Below the pieces are notes generated by a model. It was not told the DNA's origin. It saw only the letters and a list, made by a program, of their open reading frames with translations, and searched no databases. Shown here in pieces: positions 35,052 to 53,428 of a stretch of 64,000 nt of DNA. The DNA is taken from NCBI RefSeq assembly GCF_009914755.1, contig NC_060928.1; one strand, written 5' to 3'. Each line of letters begins with the position of its first letter. Positions within the stretch are counted from its first letter, which is position 1. The position numbers and the translations under genes were made by a program. Source of the stretch: the human T2T-CHM13v2.0 reference genome, Homo sapiens.

Positions 35052-35553
35052 TGCAGCACATTGGCTACCACAACTTACCTTGTCCCATATGCTCTTCTTA
35101 CAGAGTGCTATTGACACTCCTCCTGTTGAGTGGTAGGATCTATAATCTTTTCCCTTAAACCAGAAAGGATCTTTATAATGACTTTAACCAATAGCATATG
35201 GCAGAGATGGCCCCATGAGACTTCTCAGGCTAGTTCATAAAAAGTGATACACCTTCCATAGAGTTGCATTGCAACACTAGCACTTGGAACCCAGTCTCCA
35301 TGCTAGGAGGAAGTCTAGGCCACCTGAAAAGGCCAAATGGAGATGTACCAACCACCAGCCCTAGCTGAGATCAAGATGATTCCAGCCCCAGCCACCATCA
35401 TCTGACGGCCAGAGCATAAAAGAACTTAAACAGGAATTACCCTGCTGAGCCCAATCAGTTGATAGAACCAGGAGTGATAATAATAATAAAATGATTGCTG
35501 TTGTTCTAAGGCACTAACTCTGGAGTTGTTATGCAGTAATAGATGATTGAAAC
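35052..35553 (+). mobile_element. MLT1 (G/H-like) solo LTR inserted in an antisense MIR (about 34990-35730)
   Basis: ccaatagcatatggcagag; cttggaacccagtctccatgct; end gttatgcagtaatagatgattgaaac; MIR resumes at ttttacagatgaggaaa. Confidence 0.75.
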
Positions 35554-36169
35554 TTATTTAATCTTTATAAAAATTCAGTGAAATAGGTATGATTACCTTT
35601 ATTTTACAGATGAGGAAAAACTAGGGCACTGAATGAGTACCTAATTTTTCCAAGGAAAGTGGCAAGGCTTGGTTTCAAATCCAAGCAATCTGGTTTATCA
35701 GTTTATGCTCTTAGCCTCTATTCTATGCTGCTTCTTATATGTGCCTTTTCCCTACAAGAAAAAAAACACTGAGATCAAGGAAAAGTAAAAAGTTGTTGTG
35801 AGAGGTAGGGGAAGAAGAAAATATACTAATCTTTTAAAAAATGTGTATGGGCACATAGGAGGTAAAATACCATTATTTCAAGCAGATCACACCTACCAAT
35901 TCAAAACCAGCTTTAGTCATTAGATCCCACCCCTACATGGGAGACTGGACAAGTACAAGCTCTCTGGGAAACTCGCACCAATTCCTTCCAACATCTGCAA
36001 TACAAGGAGCTGATGCTGGAGGCGGCCTTGGAGAAGCCATTCTTCTCACTCCGCTGTCATCTGCCTCATCTCCTTTACCTGGTTAGATTTTCCTACCCTA
36101 TGTGACCACAGAATACACCTAGAGAGAGCACTGATTTCTCCAGCATGCTTTAACAAATTCATAAACTTT

Positions 36170-36277
36170 ATTGGGAGGTTGAGGCAGGAGGATAACTTGA
36201 GGCCAGGCATTCACAACCAACCCAGGCAACATACCCAGGCCTGTCTCTACAGAAGCAAAATAAAATGGCAACAAGAA
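36170..36277 (+). mobile_element. FLAM / AluJ left-arm fragment
   Basis: gggaggttgaggcaggaggataacttgaggccagg; TSD ataaacttt on both sides. Confidence 0.75.
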
Positions 36278-36947
36278 ATAAACTTTGTTTTACACCCTGA
36301 ACCCTGAAGTCAGGAATTATGTGGATACTTAGCAGCAATTCCACAACAGACAACTGGGAGGCCCCAGAGTGGCCCTCTGGACTTAAGATGGGAAAAAGAG
36401 AGAGTGATTTGGATATGACCCCTAGGGAGGAGTCAGGTCACCTTGACACTAGGCTTGCAATGTGGAAAGTGCCAGGGAATTTGTGCTAATCTGACTTGAA
36501 ACATTGTACCTGGCTTCCCCCAAACTACCAACAGTCCAAATATTTTGATCACTTCTTATGCTGTGACTTTGTACTTCAGAAATTCTGGCATTCCCTTTGT
36601 GACAATAGGCCACTTGGAGCGAGGAACCCCAGAGATGGGAACAAGTTACCTAAAAATCACCCCTAAGTGTTTATGGGCAAAATCCCAAGCCAGCTCACAC
36701 TGCAGGGAGGGAACCTGAAATCAGAGATACAAGCAGCCTGGCCTGGCTTTCTGAAGAACAATAATTTATTTCTGACCTCAGAAGCTACAGAAATGACTCT
36801 CCAGGCTGTTCAGTTTTAATACTAATCTGATTACCCCTCAGCTTCACAATGGATTTCATAGCACTGGCAGGAAAATCTATTAGCGTTACTGAGTCTCAGA
36901 CAGGCAACTTCACATTAAAAAGGCTGGTATGAAAATAAAAACCTAGA

Positions 36948-37852
36948 GGGACGAGCCAAGATGGCCGAATAGGAACAGCTCCAGTCTACAGCTCCCAGCG
37001 TGAGCAACGCAGAAGATGGGTGATTTCTGCATTTCCATCTGAGGTACCGGGCTCATCTCACTAGGGAGTGCCAGACAGTGGGCGCAGGTCAGTGGGTGCA
37101 CGCACCGTGCGCGAGCCGAAGCAGGGCGAGGCATTGCCTCACTTGGGAAGTGCAAGGGATCAGGGAGTTCCCTTTCCGAGTCAAAGAAAGGGGTGACGGA
37201 CTCACCTGGAAAATCAGGTCACTCCCACCCGAATATTGCGCTTTTCAGACCGGCTTAAAAAAATGGCTCACCATGAGATTACATCCCACACCTGGCTCGT
37301 AGGGTCCTACGCCCACGGAGTCTCGCTGATTGCTAGCACAGCAGTCTGAGATCAAACTGCAAGGCGGCAGCGAGGCTGGGGGAGGGGCGCCCGCCATTGC
37401 CCAGGCTTGCTTAGGTAAACAAAGCAGCCAGGAAGCTCCAACTGGGTGGAGCCCACCACAGCTCAAGGAGGCCTGCCTGCCTCTGTAGGCTCCATCTCTG
37501 GGGGCAGGGCACAGACAAACAAAAAGACAGCAGTAACCTCTGCAGACTTAAATGTCCCTGTCTGACAGCTTTGAAGAGAGCAGTGGTTCTCCCAGCACGC
37601 AGCTGGAGATCTGAGAACCGGCAGACTGCCTCCTCAAGTGGGTCCCTGACCCCTGACCCCTGAGCAGCCTAACTGGGAGGCACCCCCCAGCAGGGGCACA
37701 CTGACACTTCACACTGCAGGGTATTCCAACAGACCTGCAGCTGAGGGTCCTGTCTGTTAGAAGGAAAACTAATAAACAGAAAGGACATCCACACCAAAAA
37801 CCCATCTGTACATCACCATCATCAAAGACAAAAAGTAGATAAAACTATAAAG
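36948..37852 (+). promoter_or_regulatory. L1 5' UTR with internal sense and antisense promoters
   Basis: YY1 site caagatggcc at 36957-36966; many retained CpGs; promoter role inferred from established L1 biology. Confidence 0.75.
37245..37397 (-). pseudogene. ORF0: L1 ORF0, frameshift-truncated to 50 aa
   Basis: MAGAPPPASLPPCSLISDCCASNQRDSVGVGP..., departing from the 71-aa ORF0 at the A7 run near 37257. Confidence 0.8.
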
Positions 37853-38869
37853 ATGGGGAAAAAACAGAACAGAAAAATGGGAAACCCTAAAACGCAGAGC
37901 GCTTCTCCTCCTCCAAAGGAACGCAGTTCCTCACCAGCAACGGAACAAAGCTGGATGGAGAATGACTTTGACGAGCTGAGAGAAGAAGGCTTCAGACGAT
38001 CAAATTACTCTGAGCTACGGGAGGACATTCAAACCAAAGGCAAAGAAGTTGAAAACTTTGAAAAAAATCTAGAAGAATGTATAACTAGAATAAGCAATAC
38101 AGAGAAGTGCTTAAAGGAGCTGATGGAGCTGAAAACCAAGGCTCGAGAACTACGTGAAGAATGCAGAAGCCTCAGGAGCCGATGTGATCAACTGGAAGAA
38201 AGGGTATCAGCGATGGAAGATGAAATGAATGAAATGAAGCGAGAAGGGAAGTTTAGAGAAAAAAGAATAAAAAGAAATGAGCAAAGCCTCCAAGAAATAT
38301 GGGACGATGTGAAAAGACCAAATCTACGTCTGATTGGTGTACCTGAAAGTGATGGGGAGAATGGAACCAAGTTGGAAAACACTCTGCAGGATATTATCCA
38401 GGAGAACTTCCCCAATCTAGCAAGGCAGGCCAACGTTCAGATTCAGGAAATACAGAGAACGCCACAAAGATACTCCTCGAGAAGAGCAACTCCAAGACAC
38501 ATAATTGTCAGATTCACCAAAGTTGAAATGAAGGAAAAAATGTTAAGGGCAGCCAGAGAGAAAGGTCGGGTTACCCTCAAAGGGAAGCCCATCAGACTAA
38601 CAGCAGATCTCTCTGCAGAAACCCTACAAGCCAGAAGAGAGTGGGGGCCAATATTCAACATTCTTAAAGAAAAGAATTTTCAACCCAGAATTTCATATCC
38701 AGCCAAACTAAGCTTCATAAGTGAAGGAGAAATAAAATACTTTACAGACAAGCAAATGCTGAGAGATTTTGTCACCACCAGGCCTGCCCTAAAAGAGCTC
38801 CTGAAGGAAGCGCTAAACATGGAAAGGAACAACCGGTACCAGCCGCTGCAAAATCATGCCAAAATGTAA
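37853..38869 (+). CDS. ORF1: LINE-1 ORF1p (RNA-binding protein / nucleic acid chaperone), intact 338 aa
   Basis: Uninterrupted canonical-length ORF MGKKQNRK...QNHAKM with REKG, ARR and YPAKLS motifs. Confidence 0.92.
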   Translation: MGKKQNRKMGNPKTQSASPPPKERSSSPATEQSWMENDFDELREEGFRRSNYSELREDIQTKGKEVENFEKNLEECITRISNTEKCLKELMELKTKARELREECRSLRSRCDQLEERVSAMEDEMNEMKREGKFREKRIKRNEQSLQEIWDDVKRPNLRLIGVPESDGENGTKLENTLQDIIQENFPNLARQANVQIQEIQRTPQRYSSRRATPRHIIVRFTKVEMKEKMLRAAREKGRVTLKGKPIRLTADLSAETLQARREWGPIFNILKEKNFQPRISYPAKLSFISEGEIKYFTDKQMLRDFVTTRPALKELLKEALNMERNNRYQPLQNHAKM

Positions 38870-38917
38870 AGACCATCGAGACTAGGAAGAAACTGCATCA
38901 ACTAACGAGCAAAATAA

Positions 38918-42760
<3,843 letters not shown>

Positions 42761-43237
42761 ACAATGAAATCACATGGACACAGGAAGGGGAATATCACAC
42801 TCTGGGGACTGTGGTGGGGTGAGGGGAGGGGGGAGGGATAGCATTGGGAGATATACCTAATGCTAGATGACGAGTTAGTGGGTGCAGCGCACCAGCATGG
42901 CACATGTATACATATGTAACTAACCTGCACAATGTGCACATGTACCCTAAAACTTAAAGTATAATTAAAAAAAAAAAAGAAAATTAACAAACAAAAAAAA
43001 ATTACAAGGAATGAAAAGGAAAAATAATAATAATAATAAAATAAAAACCTAGATGAATCACTGTGTTCCTTCTAGCTCCTTCTAGTCCCTTCTAATGCCT
43101 GAGATTGACCTGACTTAGCCTCAAGAGTCCATCATGCTCCTGTACAAGCCCCTTTTCCATAACCCCACATTTTCATTTTCTCCCTCTCAAGAATTCTAGG
43201 GTTCATACTACATGCATACCTCGCCTTACATTAAGGG

Positions 43238-43238
43238 A

Positions 43239-43289
<51 letters not shown>

Positions 43290-43498
43290 TTTAAGTTCTG
43301 GGGCACATGTGCAGAATGTGCAGGTTTGTTACATAGATACACATGTGGCATGGTGGTTCGCTGCACCCATCAACCCATCATCTACATTAGGTATTTCTCC
43401 TAATGCTGTCCCTCCCATCGCCCCTCACCTGCAACAGGCCCCGGTGTAGGTTGTTACCCTCCCTGTGTCCATGTGTTCTCATTGTTCAACTCCCACTT
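43238..43498 (-). mobile_element. Short L1PA7/8-like 3' end with a (TA)n tail
   Basis: (TA)n at about 43238-43288, then tactttaagttctggggcacatgtgcag...caactcccactt. Confidence 0.9.
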
Positions 43499-44456
43499 TC
43501 TTAAAGGTTGTTTACCAGATTTTGCAAACTATGTTATATTGCTACTTGTTTCATTTGTCCAAAGTCGTTGTCTTATTATCTAATAGTTATTCAAATGACT
43601 GCTCTCCACCCTCCCAATACTTCAATTCCAACCCCTAGGACACATCTTTCTCCTTTCATCATAGGTTCTTCAAGTCATCTTCAAATGATTAGAACACATA
43701 AATGCAGTGGGAGGTATGGCTTTGTGACTTCCCATCTCCTAACTGACTGTCCTGAAAATGTGGAAGTTTTCTTGACACTGAGTAGACCTGCAAGTGGCCA
43801 CAGGGTAAGTGCCACGCAGCCCACTAGTTTTAGCAAACTAAAATTTAGTGTAAGAATTAAAATACTTTCTTCACCTTGGAGCATTTTGTCTTTCTAATGA
43901 GTCTATCTTTAGGGTTTAAGAGTGTCAAGCCTCAACTATTTTGGGTCATTAAAAACCCAGGGCACGGTTACAGGGTGGACAGGTGCTAATTCCTCTCTTC
44001 TGGCTGCACTCCACTTTCAGTAATGGCAACTGGCACCTGCAAATCCCCTTTGTGACACTAGAATGAGATCTGAAATCATTTTGCCCTGTATAATAGCTGA
44101 GACATTGGTTCCCCGGGAAGGCTGCCTCACATGAACACAGTATTTAGCAGAGACCTCTTCTAATCATATCCCTCAGAAAACATACTGGAGGCCCTCTCTA
44201 AAGTCCATCTCACTCTCACCACAAAACAAAGGAGGCTGTGGCATCACCAAAACACCCTTGATACTGCATAGATTTCTGCTATCTTTATAATCACCTCTTC
44301 CAAGTCTCTCCAGACACAAAATGAGAAATGTCAAAATTGAATTATTCCTTCATAATTATGCTCCTTAACTTGAAAGTTAAGAAATGGCCAAGTTAAGAAA
44401 GAAATGGCCAAGATTTCCCAAGATTAGAACAGAAATATGCCACAAAAAGAGCATTA

Positions 44457-45215
<759 letters not shown>

Positions 45216-47623
45216 AAGCATTGGATTGAGACTGACAAGACCAGGTTCTAGTTCAGGCCCTTCCCATAACAAGCATGATCCAAGTCACTCAACCTCTTTC
45301 ATCCTCAATTTCAACGTCTGTGAAATGGAGTTGAACAAGTTCATCCCCAGCATCCTGAGGAGTTCTACAGCTGAGCGATATCAGAGCTGCTCTTGATTCA
45401 CAACAGCCCTTGAAACAGAGGGGCCCTCTGAATAGTCAAGCTACCATGGCTGAGTGGGTAATATACTTAAATAGTCTCTATAAATACCATTTTAAAAGAC
45501 ACAAACCTAGCTTACATTAAACATAACATGCAACGGCATAAACAAAGAAACAATTTGAAAGAAGAAAAGCTTGAAACAAATACTACCTCATCATTAAGGT
45601 TGTGACTACTAATAAACGAGTAATGTTCTATAAAATAGCGTAATGAAACAATGTATTTTGTTTACTGTAAATCAAGACAGCTAACCAGCATTTCTACCAT
45701 TTTCTTGACATTATACACCCAAATTACCCCCTCATTCCCCAGACACTTTTCATTGTCAAACTATTCTTGTTCTTAATGCCCTACCCTCTGGGGAATGGCA
45801 GTGTGCAAAACAGGAAGTCCTTTAATATAACTTACAATTTTAGAAGGGAAAAACCCAAGCACCTTATTAAGAAATGAAAATTACAATCAGTCAAATTGTT
45901 GTTTATTTTTTATGTCACCAAATAAACCAGCCTGCTTTTATACACAAGATAAACTAAATTGAGTAATTTATTTAACATCAGAAGTATAATCGGTGTTAAA
46001 ATATCAACAAACTGGGTAGTCTATTATATCAAATTAGCAACCTTTTTCCTGAAAAGGGTATTTTTCAAGGTGCTTCATTTTAAAAGGAGTGCATATTATT
46101 AAAGAAAGCCACATCAAACAAACAGTAACAAAACAATGTAAAGTCACTATCATCAGCAGTATTTGAGAAAAGGAGACAGGGTTGTGGGGGTAGGTTAATC
46201 AGTGAAGATGGAACTAGATCTCATGTATTGATTGCCATAGCCAAATAACTCAAATATATTATCATTACATCTACTGAAACTACATACAATATAATTAATT
46301 CTCTTTGGATAACTCAGTGGCCATATAAAATTTGCACTCTCTCAGATAAGAATAGGCATGACCTATTCGGTGCTGCACAGTGCTGAAATGCTTGATAGAT
46401 TAGATGGAACCTACCAAATCTTGTGAAAAATAAGGTGTCACTTTAAAATTTTAAAGAATCCCCACTACCAACTTATTAGTTCCACTTATTGCTTCAATAC
46501 AAATTTCCAGGCAAAACAAGGACCCTCTCAGTATTCAGCAATTGTCATTTTTCATCTAGGAATGAACAGATGTTGCCTTAATGATTTTGTCTTCTGTGCT
46601 AAAATCGTTTCTTCGCTGCCCGTATTAATTTCTCAAGATTCGTAAGCTTCACACACTATTTTTGTAATCTCATTCCTATGTGCCTATTTAACTTTTCATT
46701 ACATTTAATACTTCCCTCACTTGGTCTATAGCAATCAAAAAGTTTGTCAATAAGCAAACATTTATATTGTTCCCATTATGTGAAAGACACATTATTTTCA
46801 CTGCACTTACTAAGTATTGAAGAATATACTTAAATATTTTAAGAATTGATGTTTATTTATAGCTATAAGATTTATTCCCAGAAACATTCCAGTGTTTTTT
46901 CATCATTAGAAATTTTGCAAAAATAATGTTAGGCAACGATTTTCTTCTAGAAAATCCTTAAAGTGTTGAAAAAATATTCTGTGCCTGGCTTATTTGTAAA
47001 AAAAAAAGAAATCTTTAATGTGCCATTCTTAACATAATTTTAGGTATAAACAATAATAATAGAACTCTAAGCACAGCATTTTAATGACACCCCTTATTTT
47101 CCAACAGATACATGTAGCTTCCTGAAACAACTTTAATATAGCTTTTTTTCTTTTTTAAAGTGTATGACTCAATTGTGTTTGCTTGTGAAATTACTTTGCA
47201 AAGATCTTGACTCACAGATGGAGGCTCTTTGCAGTGGTTCAGTGAGAAGCACTCACAGAAAATCTTATTGGTTGTGAGGCTTTAGGCATATCCTAAGGAT
47301 CACAAAACTTTATTCCTTTTTATTAACCAGATCAAAAGATTTTTATAAAATTTCTTTTTAAAATTGATTGAATCTCAAGATTAGAAATGACTTTTTTTTT
47401 TTTTTTTGGAGGAAGATCTGGCTACTTATCCAGTGCTTGAAACACTCCCACAACCCACTGCCAAATGTTCATTCATTCTCCATTTAAACAGAGAAGAAGA
47501 TATAAGTTAATAGAGCATGTCTCAAATCAGAGTCACTTAAGCTGCTCCTTATAATTCAGTCCTGACCTGATCCAACTTGGGTATGCACAATTTTCAAGGT
47601 TTTAAAAATAAATATCAAAAACA

Positions 47624-47672
47624 AAATAAATAAATAAATAAATAAATAGATAAATAAATAAATAAATAAATA
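47624..47672 (+). repeat. (TAAA)n microsatellite
   Basis: Direct reading of the sequence. Confidence 0.9.
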
Positions 47673-48459
47673 TCAGGCTCCTCCAACAGTTGTAGGTGAA
47701 GGTTATGGGTTTCCTTTCCACAACCCCCCTAAAACCAAATCTCAGACTGAATCTTGGTACACACCTTAGCATTTCTTAGCAAACATTCAACACTCATACC
47801 ACCAGTTTGTCAAAACCCCTTGGAGTTATAGGTGTCCATTCCTCTAAGTGCTCTAATGGACTCTTCCATGAACATCTCATTGGATGGGAAGGAAGCCACA
47901 CTCCAGCTGCAAGATTCTGCTATCTAGTTAGAGACAGGAGACCAAGAAGTCTCCAAATCATCAGATGAACATAGGCCCTTGAAGACTCAAAGCTCTGGGT
48001 GCCATTCCTAAGGATACAGATCACCGAGCCAGCTGGTCTGTATTCTGCAAAGACACCAAGACTCTCTCTAGTATTTCCAGAAAATCTACAAAAAATGAAA
48101 ACCACTGATTTCGGCAAGAAATCCCTAGTTCTAACATTCACTAGTGAAATTACCAAAACTTTTTATGTCAACTGGAGATAAATATAATTGAATTTCTCTG
48201 GGTCATGGCTTTTTATTAAATGTTAGCTAACTTCTCTGGAGTGGATATTTCTGATTAAAGCAACTAACCACAGTAAAGGTGTAGATTAAAACAAACACAC
48301 ACAAACATGTTCAAATTACATAATCTATGCTGAAGTATTTTAAAGTAAATTACCCAAGACCTGCTGATTCATAATATCTAAGCCTGAAAATCCATGTTTC
48401 TATACATGATCCTCGTGTGCTACCTATGCACACTAGAATTTTGTGAACCCCTATCACAG

Positions 48460-48685
48460 ATGTTAAGAACAGGGGCTCTGGGGAAAACAGACTTGTGTTA
48501 GAATCCTGGCTCTTCCACTCTATAGCTATGTACCTATAAAAATTATTTAAACTCTGATTCAGTGTCCCCACATGCAAAATTGTCATAATAATGCCTAACT
48601 TACAGCGTTAGTTTAAGAGTTAACTTAGGTAATATTAATAAAGTTCTTAATACAATGCTTAGCACATATCACGTAAATGTATATA
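48460..48685 (+). mobile_element. MIR (MIRb-like), near full length
   Basis: gttaagaacaggggctctgg...gaatcctggctcttccact...cttagcacatat. Confidence 0.8.
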
Positions 48686-49149
48686 GAATACCCTGAGTTT
48701 TCACCAGGGAACACAGATCCTGAATAATGCTCTCCTGTTTTTTTATTCCTTTACATTGGAATGTTAATTACTGAATGAATTATCCAGTTGTGATCGGAGC
48801 AGGGAAGTAGTCGGTTGGAGTACCTACCTACTGAGTAGGTTGGAACTACCACCTTCCTTGTTCTGGAAAGAACTTTTGCGAATGCTAAAATCACAGCAGT
48901 TTTGTTTTGGAGATTGCATCACATGGTTGATTTAATTTAACTCTTAATTAAAATACAGAAGTATTCTTTACCCATGCTGTTGCAAAGTCAGGTTTATATG
49001 TTTTATGCTTTTTAAAAATAAGTTGTATGACTATATATTCTGTTGAATTTTATCGTGTTGGATACAAGATATATCAAGATATTTTGGGATTCTCATTATG
49101 TCATGCAACCTATCTACTCTACTCCAGTTTCATGTCATCCTTAAATATA

Positions 49150-50300
49150 ATGAATATACCCATAATCTTTTCAAGCCTATGATCTTACAAAGTGTTGAAC
49201 ACACTAGAATATTCCAACCAAGTTGAAGTCATCAACCTTTGTGAGGGATTGTTTATATCAGTGGCTGGTCTCTTCAATCATTTTTACACTCAACTGCGAT
49301 TTTCCAGTTTTTTTTTTTTTTTTTTTACAAAGATGTCGTAAATGAGAATGTGTCAGAGTCCTTGATACAAGCCACATTATACCATGTCTATCACAGTACC
49401 TTGCTCTGTCAGTCTGCCAATTTTTAAAAAGAAAATAAATAAAGTTAGTATGGCATAATTTGTTTTTATTGAAATAATGTTGGGACCTAGGAAACTCCAC
49501 TTATTTTTAAAGCATCTCATCTTTATTTGTTCTGTGATACCTGACATAGTTAAGATAGGAGATATAAACTGAAACTAAATAATTCTTAATTTGTTGTTTT
49601 AAATTAAAATACACCATTGTACTTGTGCTGTCAGGAAGTACTTTTTGTTACTGCTCCTGTAGCAACCTTCAGTTATGTATTTTCCTTGTATTTTTAAATT
49701 TTTTTTATTTGTATACATTTAGGGGGTACAAACGCAGTTTGGATACATAGATATATTGCATAATGATGAAATCTTGGCTGGGCTTTTAGTATTACCACCA
49801 CTCGAATAGTGTGCATTGTACCCTGCGTTTTGTTTATAGATGAAGAATAGGTTTTAACTCATGGGTCAACAAAAATTAATTGTTAATGGCTACGCAGAGC
49901 ACAGTTTTGACCATAACTCTAGGTCCTATCCAGGCATAGCCATCAAGAAGACCATTACCTGATTATTTAGCAGTGCCTGGATACACAAGATAAGGAAATG
50001 GTGGCACACTTATGACATATTTATATGTCATCCCTGACCTGGATTTTTAAAATCTAGACCTTAATTTACTAGACTCTAGAATCTTATCTGGCCTGCCATT
50101 TAGAGAGTCCATCACTTTCCTTTAGACATAACAATATATACCAATTTCCCCATATGCCAATGTGTCCCATTTTTATGTTTCTTCAACATTGTTGAAGCAT
50201 CTCAGTGATATGATTTGTGAGTTTTCTTATTACCATGGAATGCAATTCATCCAGGTGAAGAGGTTTTAACACATTTACAGCAAGAAAAGTGTTCTATTAT
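49150..50300 (-). mobile_element. CR1/L3 LINE reverse-transcriptase fossil (patchy), interrupted by a short L1 3' end at about 49690-49825
   Basis: Minus strand reads DELHSMVIRKLTNHITE (about 50255) and SQHYFNKNKLCHTNFIYF (about 49485), resembling CR1 PDELHPRVLKELADVIAE and SQHGFTKNKSCQTNLISF. Confidence 0.65.
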
Positions 50301-50373
50301 AATGTTTTCAACCATATTGGACTTTCAGTTTTCCTCTTTAATTTTTGAACAGTTTTCAATTAAATGATTTCTA

Positions 50374-50934
50374 TGCAGATTATATTTTCCAAAGATAGTC
50401 ACAATACTTCCATCCTATATGCTTTTCTTATAATGTGCCCTTGGCAGTCCAAGCACCTACACAGATCTTTGTAATTTCTCTGACAGAGTACAATAGAAAT
50501 GACATTCTGTGACTTCCAAACTGGGTTGCAAAAATAACATATATTCCCATCTTGCTCTCCTAAGACCTCACTCTTGGAATCCAGGCACCACATTCAAGGA
50601 AGCCCAACTATCCCATGAGAAAAAAACACATGGGGAGATCATGTGCAGAAGTTACAGCCAACATCTCAATTTGAGGGCTTAGCCAGCAATCTTCCCAACT
50701 ATCAGGCATGTGAATGAAGAAAGTTCCAAATGATTTCAGCCCAAAGCAGTAGAGTCACCTTCAGCCTTCAAGTCTTACTGGCCAAAGCCCCAGACATTGT
50801 GGAGCAAGAAAAAGTTTTCCCTGTTGTGCTGTGTTTAAATATCTAAACTACAGAATCCATGAGCATAACAAAATGTCTATTTTATGCCACTACGTATTGG
50901 AATAGTTTGTTGCACAGCAATAGTAACCGGAACA
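50374..50934 (+). mobile_element. MLT1 (G/H-like) solo LTR
   Basis: cagattatattttccaaagat...; end gttgcacagcaatagtaaccggaaca. Confidence 0.8.
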
Positions 50935-53428
50935 ATCTCCTGGATAGAATAGACAAATGCAAAATAGAAACTCTTTCTTTAGATGTAGGTGTTTCTCAGT
51001 TACTACCTGCATTGGAAACACTAGTATACTTGTTAACATTTAGCTGTCTAGACACACACACGCTTGCATGGGCGGGCATGTGTGCATGCACACACACTGG
51101 TCCTGGAGTAAGTATACCTAACCCAAAGGAGTGGTGGAATTACAGGCCTTGGAAAAAGCCAGCAATGTTTGTTTGTTGAGTGTGTTGAGTGTCTTGTACA
51201 TTAGGGAAACCTGAGCATGGATTAAGAAATCTCATTTTCTGACCACTCCTACTAATACTGATTCAAAAGTCCTACTTCCAAATTTCAAATGTTTTATTAT
51301 TGAACAAGATTGCAAAAACAAATTAGGGTTAGATAAAACTAAAAAATATATAATTTCAATCTGAAATGAATGATGAATCAGAGCACAAAGTTATTATTCA
51401 AGGTCACAATAACATCAACTTTTAAAAATTATTATTAATCTGACCCCAAAATCCTGGCCACCTCTTGCCTATTTGGGAGGGAACTGTCCAGCACCACTGC
51501 TTTCTGAATAAAAGCCCTTAAGCCCAATGAAAGGAAATAGTGGCTCCACCTCCAGCAAGTGTTCTAGGGCTGAACTCCTCCCTTCAAAAGAAATCAAGAC
51601 CCTCTACTTACCTAAACTCCATAGTGAGCCATAGCCTCACCCACCTCCCACACATGAATACCCACTAATGCCACAGTCAAAAAAATGATACACAATGGGG
51701 CTGGTCCACTCAACTTAACAACTACAATTTCTATAATCCTTTAAACATAGAGGAATTTTAAGGTTTATCTTTTCAAAAAAGCTGAAATAATATTCTCAAC
51801 ATTTCTTATTGCCTATTCACTGCGTTCAAAAAGGAGAACCTAAACTGTAAAATATACTCAAATATGTAACTTTGTTATAAGGGTTAAGGTCTGCTCTGCA
51901 AAATAAAAATGCAAGATGAAAATTGCCAGGAATGCTTCAACATTAACAATTGCATGAGTATAAGTATAACTGCTTCTTTGCAATAGCTATTTGTTTTTTT
52001 AATTAATTTTTTTTCTTTTCCTGAAATTTAATCTCCAAAAAGTCATTTTGAGAGAATAGGGATCTTACTATTGGTGCCATAGACTCATCTTCTGAAAAGG
52101 TTGGGGCTGGATGAATGCTTATGTAATGGTAGCCATCCTTCAGATATTTTACGATTAGAATAGTTTAAGATCAGATTGATAGCTTTTAATAAAGCCTATT
52201 TTTATGCTGCTTAAGGTTATGTTTTAATAAAGAAGGTTAAGGAAGTAAGATCCAGCCCAGGCCAGTCACTGAGATAACAAAATATTGAGCTAGGTGCTAT
52301 AGAAGATTTTAAAAGTGCAACAAGGTGCAGGTAAAATATGCTCCATATGGTGACTCCATGAAACATTTGGACTGCTGCATTCATTATCACATTTTTACTT
52401 TTGCTAAGCAGTTCTGCAACCTACATTCCTTAAATAATTAATTGTAAAGACCAACTCAAATTTTGAATTTTCTGGCAAAACATATCTCTGCTCTGTTTTG
52501 TTCTGCAGGCATTTTTGTTCTACAGTCCATACGTGATTCATGTTGTTCATATAAAAAACAATATATTTTATGTTTTGACCCCTGTCTTCTACAGAGGATT
52601 TTATTTCGATTTTCTTTTTTTTCCAAGTATGCTAGTTAGGATGATCAAATGGTAACCATGGTGACAGAAAGCAGAGTTCAAATCTTAGTAGGGTCATGTC
52701 ATTCCTTCCCACAGTGCAGAACTTACATTCTGAGACTAATCCAGTATCTAAAAATATATCACAGGACAGCTCATGTTGCCATTTATGGGAAAATATGACT
52801 GAGTCAGTTAACTAATTTTCCTGTTGCATAAAAAGAATCTCTAGTTGGTAAACCAAGAGATTCCAGTTTTAGAAAAATGAAATGACAAAGAAAAAGGGAG
52901 AACTTTCTTGTTTACCAGAATAATTTTTGAAACTTAAGGCTACCCCGGAAACCAACTGGAATAAAAAACCAGATCTAGTGAAATGATATACCATAAAAGC
53001 AATTGTGATAATAAAATAACCATATTTGACTCTCCCTATGCTGTATCCACATACACAATAGAAGGGCAGTTACTAAAGCATTCCCCAAACTGGGATCACC
53101 TCCTGTTTAATATTTGGCTTTGTAACTGGCTGAGACCCAAGAATGCCTGTGACCCTGATGAGGCCATAGAGTAGCTGGTTCACAAGCTGGTTGTGGTTGT
53201 GGTTGTGGTTCTGTCTGCGCCAGGTCAGCCCTAGTCATGTGTGAGAGACAAGCTCAATACTTCCCCTCAGGCCAACTTTAAAGTTTATAATGAGAGACTT
53301 TGTTTTAATTTGATCCTCAGCCTTCAGATAAGGCAAGTTCTGCATGACAAAAATAAAAACAAGAGTGATGGAATAAAAACTTTAACTTACATGCAAAAAA
53401 AAAAAAACCCTACTATTGAGTATGCAGT

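Noticed and set aside
43508-43897. 129-aa ORF in unique DNA
   Set aside because: TTG start, no recognisable homology or coding-like composition
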